From a virus, in the IMG/VR virus record IMGVR_UViG_3300027804_000046, positions 32,001 to 96,000 of that record: a stretch of DNA of 64,000 bases; one strand, written 5' to 3'. The notes below the pieces were generated by a model that was not told where the DNA came from, did not search any database, and was given only the letters and a program-made list of their open reading frames with translations. Position numbers and translations under genes: made by a program. Of the stretch, positions 37,751 to 47,967 are shown piece by piece; positions within the stretch are counted from its first letter, which is position 1; each line of letters begins with the position of its first letter.

Positions 37751-38790
37751 TTGTACCAGCCGCTGGTCTTTCTACCAGATTTCCAAATGTAAAGCCGAAG
37801 TATCTACATTTCGGATATGATAACAAGATGATGCTTGTGAAAGCCGTAGAGCCTTTCATCGGTAAACACGACATCACCGTTGTCATTCTACAAGATCATA
37901 TTGATAAGTATAATGCTTTTGAATTTGTGAGAAATGAACTTCCTGAGGCCAATATCGTTACTGTATATAAACCCACGCGCGGACCAGCCGAGACTGTTCG
38001 TATTGCTTTGAAAAACATTCAATACTCAAAAGGTCTTAGTTATCCACCTAAAGATTTTTCTTTTCTGGTGAAAGATTGCGACTCGTTTTTTTCTCATGAA
38101 ATTCTTCCGCAGAACTATGTCTGCGTGTCAAACATAGCAGATCACGAAACTCTCCAGAAGATTTCTTCAAAGAGTTTCGTGAAGTACAACAATCAGAATA
38201 TTGTTACCGATATCATTGAGAAGAAAGTCGTATCTGATACGTTTTGTGTCGGCGCATACAAGTTCAACTCGGCTAACTATTATCTGGACATCTATGATAG
38301 AATACAGAATAGAGAAGGCGAATTATTTGTTTCACACATCATTCAAGACATGCTTGGCAGTGACCAAATCTTCGTGAAGAATGAAGTTTCAAACTATGTC
38401 GATGTGGGTACAGCAGAAGATTGGCACAAGTATAATGACATGCCTGTTATCTTCTGTGATATTGATGGCACTCTAATCAAGGCTCAGTCTCGTTATGGTT
38501 TTTATACATATAACGATCCGCCTGTTGTTCTAGAAGAAAATCGTAACAGAGTGAAAGAGTATCATGACAAGGGTTGTCAGATTATCTTTACGACTGCACG
38601 ACCGCATACTTATCGTGAGCAAACAAACAAGATGCTTAGTCTTCTCGGATTCAAAAACTTTGATTTGATAACAGGACTAAATAACAGCGCAAGAATTTTG
38701 ATTAACGACTACAATAAGTCTAATCCGTATCCACGTGCGCGGGCGATAAACATCCAACGTGATAGTGATAACTTGAAGGATTTTCTATGA
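37741..38790 (+). CDS. Sugar nucleotidyltransferase fused to a HAD phosphatase domain
   Basis: N-terminal [10 protein letters not shown]...KP and T.GPAETV; C-terminal [15 protein letters not shown] and LIND. Confidence 0.8.
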   Translation: MEVIVPAAGLSTRFPNVKPKYLHFGYDNKMMLVKAVEPFIGKHDITVVILQDHIDKYNAFEFVRNELPEANIVTVYKPTRGPAETVRIALKNIQYSKGLSYPPKDFSFLVKDCDSFFSHEILPQNYVCVSNIADHETLQKISSKSFVKYNNQNIVTDIIEKKVVSDTFCVGAYKFNSANYYLDIYDRIQNREGELFVSHIIQDMLGSDQIFVKNEVSNYVDVGTAEDWHKYNDMPVIFCDIDGTLIKAQSRYGFYTYNDPPVVLEENRNRVKEYHDKGCQIIFTTARPHTYREQTNKMLSLLGFKNFDLITGLNNSARILINDYNKSNPYPRARAINIQRDSDNLKDFL

Positions 38791-39794
38791 GATTTGTGGC
38801 ATTAATTACAGGTATTACAGGGCAAGATGGTTCTTATCTGGCCGAACTTTTGTTAGAAAAAGGATATGAAGTACATGGAATCATCAGACGTTCTTCTTCT
38901 ATTAATACTGATCGTATCGACCATATTTATCCTCGCATTACTCTTCACTACGGAGATTTGACGGATAGTTCTTCACTTATTCGTCTTATTCAGCAAATCA
39001 AGCCGACAGAGATTTATAATCTGGCCGCACAATCTCATGTGAAGGTATCGTTTGAGATTCCTGAATACACTGGTCAAGTTGATGCTCTTGGCACACTTCG
39101 CATTCTTGAGGCTGTGCGTCTGCTTGGCATGGAAAAAGATGTTCGCATTTATCAAGCATCGACATCTGAACTTTATGGTCTTGTGCAAGAAACTCCGCAG
39201 ACAGAAAAGACACCGTTCTATCCTCGCTCACCATACGGCGTTGCTAAACTCTACGGCTTCTGGATTGTAAAGAATTATCGTGAAGCATATGGTATGCACT
39301 GTTCATCTGGTATTCTATTCAATCACGAAAGCCCTCGACGCGGTGAAACATTCGTGACAAGGAAGATTGTACAAGGGCTTTCTCGTATCAGCACTGGCTA
39401 TCAATCATCACTAACACTTGGTAACCTAAATGCAAAGCGAGATTGGGGTCATGCGAAAGACTTCGTTGAGGCCATGTGGCTCATGCTCCAGCAAGACAAG
39501 CCAGATGACTATGTGATTGCTACTGGTGAGCAGTATTCAGTTCGTCAATTTGTAGAGACAGCAGCGCCTTACTTCGGAATGAATATCAAGTGGCATGGTG
39601 AAGGTGTTGATGAAGTTGGTTATGATGAAAGATACAAGTCAACTCCAATTATTCGTGTGAGTGAAAAGTATTTCAGACCAGCGGAAGTAGAAACATTACT
39701 TGGTGATTCCAGCAAGGCTCGTAGAGTTCTTGGTTGGAAACCAAAGTTTACATTTGAAAAACTTGTAGAGGATATGTGTATCAATGGACAATAA
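38787..39794 (+). CDS. gmd: GDP-mannose 4,6-dehydratase
   Basis: [52 protein letters not shown] and [16 protein letters not shown] motifs. Confidence 0.97.
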   Translation: MRFVALITGITGQDGSYLAELLLEKGYEVHGIIRRSSSINTDRIDHIYPRITLHYGDLTDSSSLIRLIQQIKPTEIYNLAAQSHVKVSFEIPEYTGQVDALGTLRILEAVRLLGMEKDVRIYQASTSELYGLVQETPQTEKTPFYPRSPYGVAKLYGFWIVKNYREAYGMHCSSGILFNHESPRRGETFVTRKIVQGLSRISTGYQSSLTLGNLNAKRDWGHAKDFVEAMWLMLQQDKPDDYVIATGEQYSVRQFVETAAPYFGMNIKWHGEGVDEVGYDERYKSTPIIRVSEKYFRPAEVETLLGDSSKARRVLGWKPKFTFEKLVEDMCINGQ

Positions 39795-40719
39795 TAGTAG
39801 CATCTATATTGCAGGTCATAAAGGTCTTGTAGGTTCTGCGCTCATTCGTCAGTTGCAGGCACAAGGTTACAAGAAAATCATCACAAGTGATATAGATTTG
39901 CGTGATCAAAAGCTTGTACAACATTTCTTCAATGATTACGAGCCTGAGTATGTGTTTCTTGCGGCTGCAAAGGTTGGTGGTATTGGCTTCAATAAGTCTT
40001 TCCCTGCTGACTTTATGTATGACAACTTGATGATTCAGACCAATGTTATCAGTAACGCAGAGCAGTATGGTTGCAGAAAGCTAATGTTTTTAGGCACAGC
40101 ATGTATCTATCCAAAACATGCACCTGTGCCGATCAAAGAAGAATACTTAATGACTGGTCCGCTAGAAGAAACTAACATTGGTTATGCTCTAGCGAAGATT
40201 GCCGGTCTTACCATGTGCCAGAAGTATACTGAGCAGTATGGTATGCAAACTGTTTCCGTCATGCCAAATAATCTTTATGGCATTTTCGATAACTTTAGAC
40301 TGAATGAGTGTCATGTTATTCCTGCATTCATCAATCGATTTATCGACGCGAAAGAAAGAGGTTTGTCTAGTGTAGTATGCTTTGGTGACGGCAGTCCTAC
40401 GCGAGAATTTCTTTTTGCCGATGATTTGGCTGACGGACTAATTTTCCTAATGAAGAACTATAATGATCCAAAGCCAATCAACATTGGACCAAATCGTGAG
40501 GTGTCAATTCGTTACCTATCAGAGTTGATTGCATCTCTTGTTGGATATGAAGGCACTATAATTTGGGACACTGCACAGCCAAATGGCACACCGCGCCGCG
40601 CACTAGATACTAGCAAGATGGATGCACTTGGTTGGAAAGCCAAGACTTCACTTGAAGATGGATTGAAAATGACAATTGATTGGTTCTTAGAGAATAGGAA
40701 AACATATGACCGCGTATAA
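39784..40719 (+). CDS. fcl: GDP-L-fucose synthase / GDP-colitose synthase (Fcl/ColC family)
   Basis: [45 protein letters not shown] and GDGSP.REFL motifs. Confidence 0.9.
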   Translation: MDNNSSIYIAGHKGLVGSALIRQLQAQGYKKIITSDIDLRDQKLVQHFFNDYEPEYVFLAAAKVGGIGFNKSFPADFMYDNLMIQTNVISNAEQYGCRKLMFLGTACIYPKHAPVPIKEEYLMTGPLEETNIGYALAKIAGLTMCQKYTEQYGMQTVSVMPNNLYGIFDNFRLNECHVIPAFINRFIDAKERGLSSVVCFGDGSPTREFLFADDLADGLIFLMKNYNDPKPINIGPNREVSIRYLSELIASLVGYEGTIIWDTAQPNGTPRRALDTSKMDALGWKAKTSLEDGLKMTIDWFLENRKTYDRV

Positions 40720-41884
40720 ATGGCCATTGATGAAGGACACACTGACTTGGTGCGACAGATGGAACTTGGCCAAGTTCGTGATGACTACAGACAAGTTCAC
40801 TCAAGGCAAAAAGGTCGAAGAGTTTGAGAATGCTTGGTCAGAATGGCTTGGTGTTAAGTATTCTTTGTTTGTAACGTCTGGCAGCACAGCAAACTTCTTG
40901 TTGCTTGATGCTGTCAAAGAATTATACTTCAAGAATAAGAAGAAGGTCAAGGTTCTCGTACCCGCGTGTACATGGGTAACGAATATCAATCCTGTTATGC
41001 AACTTGGCATGGAACCAATCTTTTGCGATATCAATCTAGATAATTATAGTTTTGATTTAGACAATGCTGCGGAGATTGCAAAGAAGCATAAGATTGATAT
41101 TGTGTTCACGACACATTTGCTTGGACTTCCTGCTCCTACTTTTTCTCTTAGATCCATATTTCCAAAAGCAATCATGTTAGAAGATGTTTGCGAAAGTCAT
41201 GGTGTAAAAGATATATTTGGTCATAAAGTTGGTTCAAGGTCAAACGGTTCTACATTCAGTTTCTACTTTGGTCATCATATGTCTACAGTTGAAGGCGGCA
41301 TGGTTTGTACCAACAACCTTGCTCTATATGATTTAATGCGTATGAAGCGTTCACATGGCATGTCTCGCGTATCGATGATTTCTGAGTCGTATGCAGAAAA
41401 GCATCCTGATATTGATCCACAGTTTCTATTTGTAACTGCTGGATATAACTTCCGCAATACAGAACTCGGCGCTGTTCTTGGTCTATCACAGTTGAAGAAA
41501 CTTGATGGCTTTATTGATCAACGTAGAAAGAACTATGCAAAGTTTATTAATATTATGCTTATAGACGGTAGAGACAAGTTTTATGTGCCTGGTGGCGGAT
41601 ATATTGAAGAAGGTAATAGTTCATTTTGTTTTCCGTTGATCGCAAAAACGCCATACATTAAAGATCAAGTGATTAGACGATTGAAAATGAACTTCATCGA
41701 ATATCGTCCTGTTGTTGGCGGTAACTTGCTTCGTCAACCTTACATGAAAGGCCATAGCATCGCATGTAAAGATGGACCATACAACGCTGATATCGTCCAT
41801 GAGAATGGCATCTATATAGGTAATAACCAATTCGTTGGTGATAGAGAACTAAAGATACTTGAAGATATTATTAGGAGTTTGTGA
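40706..41884 (+). CDS. colD: PLP-dependent GDP-4-keto-6-deoxymannose 3-dehydratase (ColD-like, DegT family)
   Basis: SGSTAN, EDVCESHG and FSFYFGHHMSTVEGG with His at the usual Schiff-base Lys position; RSHG, GYNFR; YIGN. Confidence 0.75.
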   Translation: MTAYKWPLMKDTLTWCDRWNLAKFVMTTDKFTQGKKVEEFENAWSEWLGVKYSLFVTSGSTANFLLLDAVKELYFKNKKKVKVLVPACTWVTNINPVMQLGMEPIFCDINLDNYSFDLDNAAEIAKKHKIDIVFTTHLLGLPAPTFSLRSIFPKAIMLEDVCESHGVKDIFGHKVGSRSNGSTFSFYFGHHMSTVEGGMVCTNNLALYDLMRMKRSHGMSRVSMISESYAEKHPDIDPQFLFVTAGYNFRNTELGAVLGLSQLKKLDGFIDQRRKNYAKFINIMLIDGRDKFYVPGGGYIEEGNSSFCFPLIAKTPYIKDQVIRRLKMNFIEYRPVVGGNLLRQPYMKGHSIACKDGPYNADIVHENGIYIGNNQFVGDRELKILEDIIRSL

Positions 41885-42249
41885 TGAATAACAATAAGAT
41901 TGTCTCTGAAATGTTGGATATGATTTTGAAGGAGCATGTGTATGACATTCTCAGTCGTCAGTGTTTAACTTTTAATCCACCTCCCGATTACGCTGCATCT
42001 GATAGTATTGGTGAAGTCCTAGAGAAGCTGGCCATTCTTCACATTCGCACATGGCATCTTGAAGATGCCATGCAGGCCGCAAAGTCTGATGAAGAACTGG
42101 CTGATCTAAAGCGCAAAGTCGATATCTGTTTCAAGGTCAAACGTCCTAAGTTGGTTGCTGCATTAAACGCCATGATTGATGATGCTATCGTTCGCAATAA
42201 ATCTCTGCGTGAAGAATCGGTAAAGCTTTATAAGGGCGTCAAAGAGTGA
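41881..42249 (+). CDS. Helical protein, DUF4254-like
   Basis: SIGEVLEKLAILHIRTWHLED...R..L...L motif, common in polysaccharide loci. Confidence 0.55.
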   Translation: MMNNNKIVSEMLDMILKEHVYDILSRQCLTFNPPPDYAASDSIGEVLEKLAILHIRTWHLEDAMQAAKSDEELADLKRKVDICFKVKRPKLVAALNAMIDDAIVRNKSLREESVKLYKGVKE

Positions 42250-43115
42250 CCAAGCTTTGTTTCTTCAACTTCTATCATAATGGTGATTTGTTTCATAGCA
42301 AGCCATTTGTTCGTGAAGTCATCAAGCATCTTGGCAAAGAGAAAGTCATGTATGCACACAACAAAGACCCTCGCGCAATCGAAGACTTAGGATTGCCACA
42401 TGTTCGTCTTGAAGGCATATCAGATAAGGTAAAGATATTCAGACCAAAAGATCCAGATATTCTGTTTGTGAATACTTGGATCGGTTCTTACTTTGACAAG
42501 TATACTGGTGAATGCACACTCAACTTCAACATGAAGATGTGGGCAGATATCTATGAAGATATCAATACGACATTCAAGAAAAAGATGAAGCTTGGTCCAG
42601 TGGAAAACTATTTGCCGTATGTTGATTACAGCAAGTATAATCTAGCTAATGCTCGTTCTTTTATTGACAGCGAACCAAGACCGAAGATATTGTTCTGCAA
42701 TGGACCAGCTATGTCTGGTCAGTGTCAATATAATGGTGACATGAGAGAGATAATTGGACCCCTCGCAGCACAGCATGAGAACAAGGTATTTCTTACAACT
42801 CATAAGCTAGATAATATCTGGTCAAATGTCATGTACACTGGAGATATCATTCAGTCTGATAGATGTGATCTAAACGAGATTGCATATCTTTCTAAGTTTT
42901 GCAGCCTCATCATTGGCAAGAACTCTGGTCCATTCTGCTATGCTTCTACTGGTGAAAACTTGAATGATCCTAACAAGACGTTCTATGCATTCGGTCATCA
43001 GGAATCAGATTGCTTCACGATGGGTATTCCAAAGAAGTCAAACTATATATTTGAGAAGTATGAAAGTCCAGGACAGCTTTATGCTTCAATCAGAAATCTA
43101 GTAGAGAAGGCATGA
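42246..43115 (+). CDS. Hypothetical protein, possible GT-B glycosyltransferase
   Basis: HNGD..., LNEIAYLS..C..IIG..SGP (GT9-like C-terminus). Confidence 0.5.
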   Translation: MTKLCFFNFYHNGDLFHSKPFVREVIKHLGKEKVMYAHNKDPRAIEDLGLPHVRLEGISDKVKIFRPKDPDILFVNTWIGSYFDKYTGECTLNFNMKMWADIYEDINTTFKKKMKLGPVENYLPYVDYSKYNLANARSFIDSEPRPKILFCNGPAMSGQCQYNGDMREIIGPLAAQHENKVFLTTHKLDNIWSNVMYTGDIIQSDRCDLNEIAYLSKFCSLIIGKNSGPFCYASTGENLNDPNKTFYAFGHQESDCFTMGIPKKSNYIFEKYESPGQLYASIRNLVEKA

Positions 43116-43318
43116 CAAACTCAATCTGTACAAAGGTATGTGAATATGACAGTGAAGGATCATATAGAAGCGACGAAGAGAAAACTTGCCGAGGCTGCGG
43201 CCGCACGGCGTCAGAAATTACGGAATGGTTCTACGCGACCAGAGAACGCAAAGTCGAAATTGCCAAAGCAGCAAGGGCGCGGACAAAAGCCAAACGTGAG
43301 GCCGACAGGCAGGGGTAG
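43112..43318 (+). CDS. DUF1289-like small Cys-rich protein
   Basis: C..VC....C.GCGRT..EI..W pattern. Confidence 0.7.
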   Translation: MTNSICTKVCEYDSEGSYRSDEEKTCRGCGRTASEITEWFYATRERKVEIAKAARARTKAKREADRQG

Positions 43319-43321
43319 ATA

Positions 43322-44314
43322 ATGAATAAAGTGCCCATAAGAGTTATTAGACGCGAAAACTATGATGTCGAAAGATATCACAATACGTGGTTTAACCTAT
43401 TTTTGAATCGTTTATCAAATGATTTTGATGTTGAATACTTAAATTGTCAAGAAGATGTCGTTTTCATTAGAGAGTTCTTTTATGGAGAAGAAAAAGGATA
43501 TCCAATATCTGATGTTGATATGATTTTGGAAAACAAACTGAACGGTGAAATTTGTTGCATATCGTTTACTGAATACTTCAATTCTTCTATTGTACATTAC
43601 ATGAAAAATCCAAGATTCAAGTCAATGATACTTGTGCATTTTAACTATCATCATTTATACTACTGGACAAAAAGAGATGATGTTGAGAACAAAATGAATA
43701 AGGTAAAACCTTGGATTTTTCCAGTTTATAATGAGTTTGATGTTGATCGTTATCGTGTTCTAAGAGATAATTCGGATCTAAGTGAAAAACTGTTTTTTAA
43801 AGGTTCGGGACTGGATAGCTACAGAATTGCCGTAAGATACCTATGTGAACAGAACATTATAGATTCATCAACGCACTCTCTAGATGACTATTTGCAAATC
43901 ATGGCAAAAAGTAAGATAGCTTTAGGCTACTATCAAGACTTAGATAAGTACGTTACACCTTTTGACTATCCTGGCGAATTTTGTTACAGAGATATGGAAT
44001 ATATTTCTATAGGTGTACCATTCATTCGGATTGAATATAGAGATAGTATCTTTAACGGTCTTTATCCTAACTATCATTACATTTCAATAAATCGAGAAGT
44101 TGCTTATAGTGCATTTGAGAATTATGGAAATGAAGGCGTAGCAAAACTCATAAGGGATAAGTATGAAGAAGTAAAAGACGATAGATATTTGTTGGACTTT
44201 ATTTCAAAGAACCAACGAGAATATTACGATAACTATGTAAGATGGCCAAATTCTGCAATTCTCGCATACAAACAACTTGGCTTGAACGATTGGTTAGATA
44301 TGGAGAAGAAGTAG
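43322..44314 (+). CDS. Hypothetical glycosyltransferase-like protein
   Basis: Y...MAKSKIAL...GEFCYRDMEY...GVP..R motif of GT-B-like C-terminal domains; very AT-rich. Confidence 0.5.
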   Translation: MNKVPIRVIRRENYDVERYHNTWFNLFLNRLSNDFDVEYLNCQEDVVFIREFFYGEEKGYPISDVDMILENKLNGEICCISFTEYFNSSIVHYMKNPRFKSMILVHFNYHHLYYWTKRDDVENKMNKVKPWIFPVYNEFDVDRYRVLRDNSDLSEKLFFKGSGLDSYRIAVRYLCEQNIIDSSTHSLDDYLQIMAKSKIALGYYQDLDKYVTPFDYPGEFCYRDMEYISIGVPFIRIEYRDSIFNGLYPNYHYISINREVAYSAFENYGNEGVAKLIRDKYEEVKDDRYLLDFISKNQREYYDNYVRWPNSAILAYKQLGLNDWLDMEKK

Positions 44315-44315
44315 A

Positions 44316-44921
44316 ATGTCAGAAATCACAGGTCATACAGAGTATAAAAATTTAACCTCACAGCAACATAAAAATTTTTATGGTGTTTTTGAAAAGTTTA
44401 TCAGTGATATTAAACCAGAAAGAATACTTGAAATAGGAACCGCAGGTGGTGGCACAACTCTTGCACTAAACGATATCATGTTAAGCATGAATAAAACAAA
44501 TCGAATAAGAAGTTATGAGGTTAACGATAGTCCGTATTACAAAAAACTATATTCTGCTGGAATTGATCTTCGTATAGAAAACATTTTCAATCATGAATAT
44601 AACAAGTTAAGAAATGATACCAAAGAAAATGTTGTAGAATACATTCAGCGGCCAGGCACAACGTTAATTCTATGTGATGGTGGTCATAAGATTGGTGAGT
44701 TCAATGAACTATCAAGATATCTTAAAGTTGGTGACTATATAATGGCACATGATTATGCTGAGTCTCAAGAATATTTTTATGCTAACATAAAAAATAAGAT
44801 TTGGGATTGGTGTGAAATAACCGAAGAACACATCAAAGAAGCATCAGAAATGTATAATCTCAAAAGATACATGGCAGAAGAATTTCAGTCTATTGTTTGG
44901 GTGTGTAAAGTTAAAGAATAA
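44316..44921 (+). CDS. Class I SAM-dependent methyltransferase
   Basis: ILEIGTAGGG, LCDGGH and LKVGDYI.AHD motifs. Confidence 0.8.
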   Translation: MSEITGHTEYKNLTSQQHKNFYGVFEKFISDIKPERILEIGTAGGGTTLALNDIMLSMNKTNRIRSYEVNDSPYYKKLYSAGIDLRIENIFNHEYNKLRNDTKENVVEYIQRPGTTLILCDGGHKIGEFNELSRYLKVGDYIMAHDYAESQEYFYANIKNKIWDWCEITEEHIKEASEMYNLKRYMAEEFQSIVWVCKVKE

Positions 44922-44936
44922 TTTTTGAGGTAGATA

Positions 44937-45635
44937 ATGACAGACATTAAAACATTTGGACTTTTTCCTGTGCCTGTTAGTATGGCAAACTTCGGTGAAG
45001 ATTCTAAAGAATTGAATGAGAGTTTGATTGCAGATATTTTTTCTGAACAAGCAATGAACCCTATTCCTGCAGGCAGATCAGCCATAGATGGATGGCAGTC
45101 TGATGGAAACATGGATGAAAAATATGAGAGTTTTGCCATTCTTCGTGAGAATATCAAGACTATAATATACTCATTATTACCAAGTTATGGATTTGCTTAT
45201 GATGGTTCATATGATGATATCTTTGACTGCGGTATGCTATGGGCAAATACATTAACACAACACTCGGCATATCATATACCACATATTCATGGAACAGGTG
45301 AGACACTATTCTCAGGTGTATATTATCCCACATCTGGACTAACATCACAACATGAAGACTATTATCCAGAGGAAGATTATAGTGATGTAGAAATACGAGC
45401 ATCCTCTGTTCCTGAATCTGGCGATCTTTTCCTGTTTGATCCTGCTGCTGCACAAAAACGCCAAGTTATTCCTGCGTTTGTTCAAAGATATCCATATTAT
45501 GGTTCAGAGATTTGCATTCGTCCAAAGAAGGCACATCTCATTATCTTTCCTAACTATCTAACTCATATGGTTGCGCCAATAAGACTAAACGGTTTTTGCA
45601 GATTGAGCATTTCATTTAGTCTGAGAAAGAAATGA
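44937..45635 (+). CDS. 2OG-Fe(II) oxygenase-like protein (TIGR02466-type)
   Basis: LFP.PV, GWQS, WAN, H.PH.H, SGVYY, LIIFP.YL.H.V and R.SISF motifs. Confidence 0.8.
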   Translation: MTDIKTFGLFPVPVSMANFGEDSKELNESLIADIFSEQAMNPIPAGRSAIDGWQSDGNMDEKYESFAILRENIKTIIYSLLPSYGFAYDGSYDDIFDCGMLWANTLTQHSAYHIPHIHGTGETLFSGVYYPTSGLTSQHEDYYPEEDYSDVEIRASSVPESGDLFLFDPAAAQKRQVIPAFVQRYPYYGSEICIRPKKAHLIIFPNYLTHMVAPIRLNGFCRLSISFSLRKK

Positions 45636-47323
45636 ACGACTTCACATTAGTTACTGGTCTATGGGATATTAAAAGAGGTGATCTAACAGATTTTAATCGT
45701 TCGTTTGATCATTACTTGGAAAACTTTGACAGGTTGTTATCATTAGATTTCAACATGTGCGTATATGTTCCTAATGAACTTAGAAGATTTGTTGACATGC
45801 GAAGACTGTCGGCAAATACTAAAATCTATATCAAAGAACTGGAAGAGTTTCGACAGAACTTTGAGTTTTTCAAAACAACTAATGAAATAAGAATAAAAGA
45901 GTCCTGGTACAGCAGAGCAGAGTGGCTAAGAAACTCTCCTCAAGCTAAACTTGAATACTACAATCCTATCGTAATGTCTAAGTATTTTATGATTCATGAC
46001 TGTTCTATTTTTAATCCATTCAATACAAACTATTTCTTTTGGATCGATGGCGGACTAACTAATACAGTAGACTTAGGACAGTTAAGAAATCTTTCAACGA
46101 TAAAAGAGTATGTTAAGTCTGTCAATGACAAACTATTGTTTTTATCTTATCCTTATGAGAACGAAAATGAAGTTCACGGATTTGAGAGTTCTAAGTTTGC
46201 AGAATATTGCGGTGTAGAGAAAACGACATATGTTTGTCGTGGTGGTTTTTTTGGTGGACATAAAGATAAGATAAAGAGGTTCAATGGTGAATATTATACC
46301 ATAATGAGAGAAACACTTTCTTCTGGCTATATGGGAACAGAAGAAAACTTTAATACCATCTTATCATATAAACACCCAGAAGAAATACACAACTTTAAAC
46401 TGGACTCTAGCGGTCTAGTATATCCATTTTTTGAACATCTATCAACTATCAAGAAAGAGTCGAGATCCAATTCTGATCTTATTCCATGGGACAAGCATAA
46501 GCAGATTGAAGATATAAAAACATCTCTGTATGTTTTGACTTTTAATAGTCCAGAACAGTTTAAGACTTTGATAGAGACTTATGAAAAGAATGATCCATTG
46601 TTCTTGACAAAGACGCGCAAGATACTGATTGATAACTCAACAAACAAAACAACATATTCAACATACAACGAATTGTGTAGAAAATATGGATTTGAACATA
46701 TAAAGAAAGAAGAAAATCTTGGTATATGTGGAGCAAGACAATATGTTGCTGAACACTTCAATGAGAGCGACTCGGAATATTATATCTTCTTAGAAGATGA
46801 TATGAACCTTGGTGATAAAACAGAAGAACTATGTGTATCAGGATATAAGAAGTGGATAGATGATCTATATTACAAATCTCTTGCAATCATACACAAAAAC
46901 AAGTATGATTATTTGAAATTGTCGTATAGTGAATTTTACGGAAACAATACTACTCAATGGGCATGGTATAACGTTCCGCAGAATGTAAGAGAAGAATATT
47001 TTCCAGATAAAAGTAGTTTACCAGAACAAGGATTAGATTCTGACGCGCCAAAGACGGAAATCTTTCGAGAGAAGAGATATAAAGACTTGAAGTATCTTGA
47101 GGGTAATTTTCACTACTGTAACTGGCCACTTTGGTTTTCCAAAGAAGGTAATCAGAAAGTATTCCTTGATATAAAGTGGGAAAGACCCTACGAACAAACA
47201 TGGATGAGTAATGTTTTCCAAATGCAAAAGCAAGGAAAGATAAAGTGTGCAACATTGGAATTAAGTCCAATATTCCATCATCGATTTGATTTTTATGCTG
47301 ATGAGGAACGAAAAGAGTCTTGA
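45632..47323 (+). CDS. HtrL/YibB (WlaTC)-like domain fused to a GT2-like domain
   Basis: TLVTGLWDI.R, YNP..MSK, NPFNT.YFFWIDGG and GGFFGG in the N-terminal half; LIDNS, N.GI.GARQ and YIFLEDD in the C-terminal half. Confidence 0.7.
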   Translation: MNDFTLVTGLWDIKRGDLTDFNRSFDHYLENFDRLLSLDFNMCVYVPNELRRFVDMRRLSANTKIYIKELEEFRQNFEFFKTTNEIRIKESWYSRAEWLRNSPQAKLEYYNPIVMSKYFMIHDCSIFNPFNTNYFFWIDGGLTNTVDLGQLRNLSTIKEYVKSVNDKLLFLSYPYENENEVHGFESSKFAEYCGVEKTTYVCRGGFFGGHKDKIKRFNGEYYTIMRETLSSGYMGTEENFNTILSYKHPEEIHNFKLDSSGLVYPFFEHLSTIKKESRSNSDLIPWDKHKQIEDIKTSLYVLTFNSPEQFKTLIETYEKNDPLFLTKTRKILIDNSTNKTTYSTYNELCRKYGFEHIKKEENLGICGARQYVAEHFNESDSEYYIFLEDDMNLGDKTEELCVSGYKKWIDDLYYKSLAIIHKNKYDYLKLSYSEFYGNNTTQWAWYNVPQNVREEYFPDKSSLPEQGLDSDAPKTEIFREKRYKDLKYLEGNFHYCNWPLWFSKEGNQKVFLDIKWERPYEQTWMSNVFQMQKQGKIKCATLELSPIFHHRFDFYADEERKES

Positions 47324-47347
47324 CAACTTGGCTGGATATGCTAATAT
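47320..47347 (+). promoter_or_regulatory. Sigma70-type promoter
   Basis: TTGACA-N16-TAATAT with TGn extension. Confidence 0.55.
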
Positions 47348-47379
47348 GTCCATACTAACAAACACACAGAGGAACACAA

Positions 47380-47610
47380 ATGCCTACTTTTGAACAAACG
47401 GTTTATGTTGATGTAGATGCCGATGATTTTGATGATGACGATCTGATTGACGAACTAGAAAGACGCGGTTATACTGTTACTAAAGATCCTGCCGCAGATG
47501 CTTGTTTCGTTGATGTTGCTTGGCATATTGAACGTGGAAATTTAAAGGAAGCGTTGATCCTTCTTGAACGTGAATTGCCTGAACTAAAGGGTATCTCTAG
47601 ACTGAACTAA
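47380..47610 (+). CDS. Hypothetical acidic protein
   Basis: GAGG RBS; DFDDDDLIDELERRGY. Confidence 0.6.
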   Translation: MPTFEQTVYVDVDADDFDDDDLIDELERRGYTVTKDPAADACFVDVAWHIERGNLKEALILLERELPELKGISRLN

Positions 47611-47621
47611 ATACAAACAAT

Positions 47622-47695
47622 GCGGGGTTGGTATATGGGTTGTGCCCTAGCCTTCCAAGCTAGTGAAACGAGTTCGAATCTCGTACTCCGCTCCA
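47622..47695 (+). tRNA. tRNA-Gly (TCC)
   Basis: Acceptor GCGGGGT/ACTCCGC, anticodon arm CTAGC-CTTCCAA-GCTAG, TTCGAAT T-loop, encoded CCA. Confidence 0.92.
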
Positions 47696-47715
47696 ATTTT
47701 ATAATGAGGTGATAC

Positions 47716-47955
47716 ATGCTTTGGCTTATCGTTTTGAATACCATGATGAATGACGGCACTCTCTACACCGACATTCGCACTCCAAACAAACCAGAATTTA
47801 ACAATGAACAGTCTTGCAAGGAAGCAGGACAAATTCTTGTTGATCAGTTGCAACTTGAAGTCGGCACAAACGCTGGTCGCACATACTACATCTGCAAGGC
47901 AATTCCATTTGAGGACATTACGGCAGCCATCGGTAAGGGTGGAAGCGGCACCTGA
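47716..47955 (+). CDS. Hypothetical small protein
   Basis: GAGGT RBS; 79 aa with two Cys. Confidence 0.55.
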   Translation: MLWLIVLNTMMNDGTLYTDIRTPNKPEFNNEQSCKEAGQILVDQLQLEVGTNAGRTYYICKAIPFEDITAAIGKGGSGT

Positions 47956-47967
47956 TTTGACATTTAA

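Noticed and set aside
40706-41884. Perosamine synthase / ordinary DegT aminotransferase
   Set aside because: The catalytic Lys position appears to be His (GHHMST), as in dehydratases.
44937-45635. TET/JBP base-oxidising dioxygenase partnering the TAGT-like GT
   Set aside because: The motifs match the common TIGR02466-type phage oxygenases (HxH, SGVYY), not TET/JBP.
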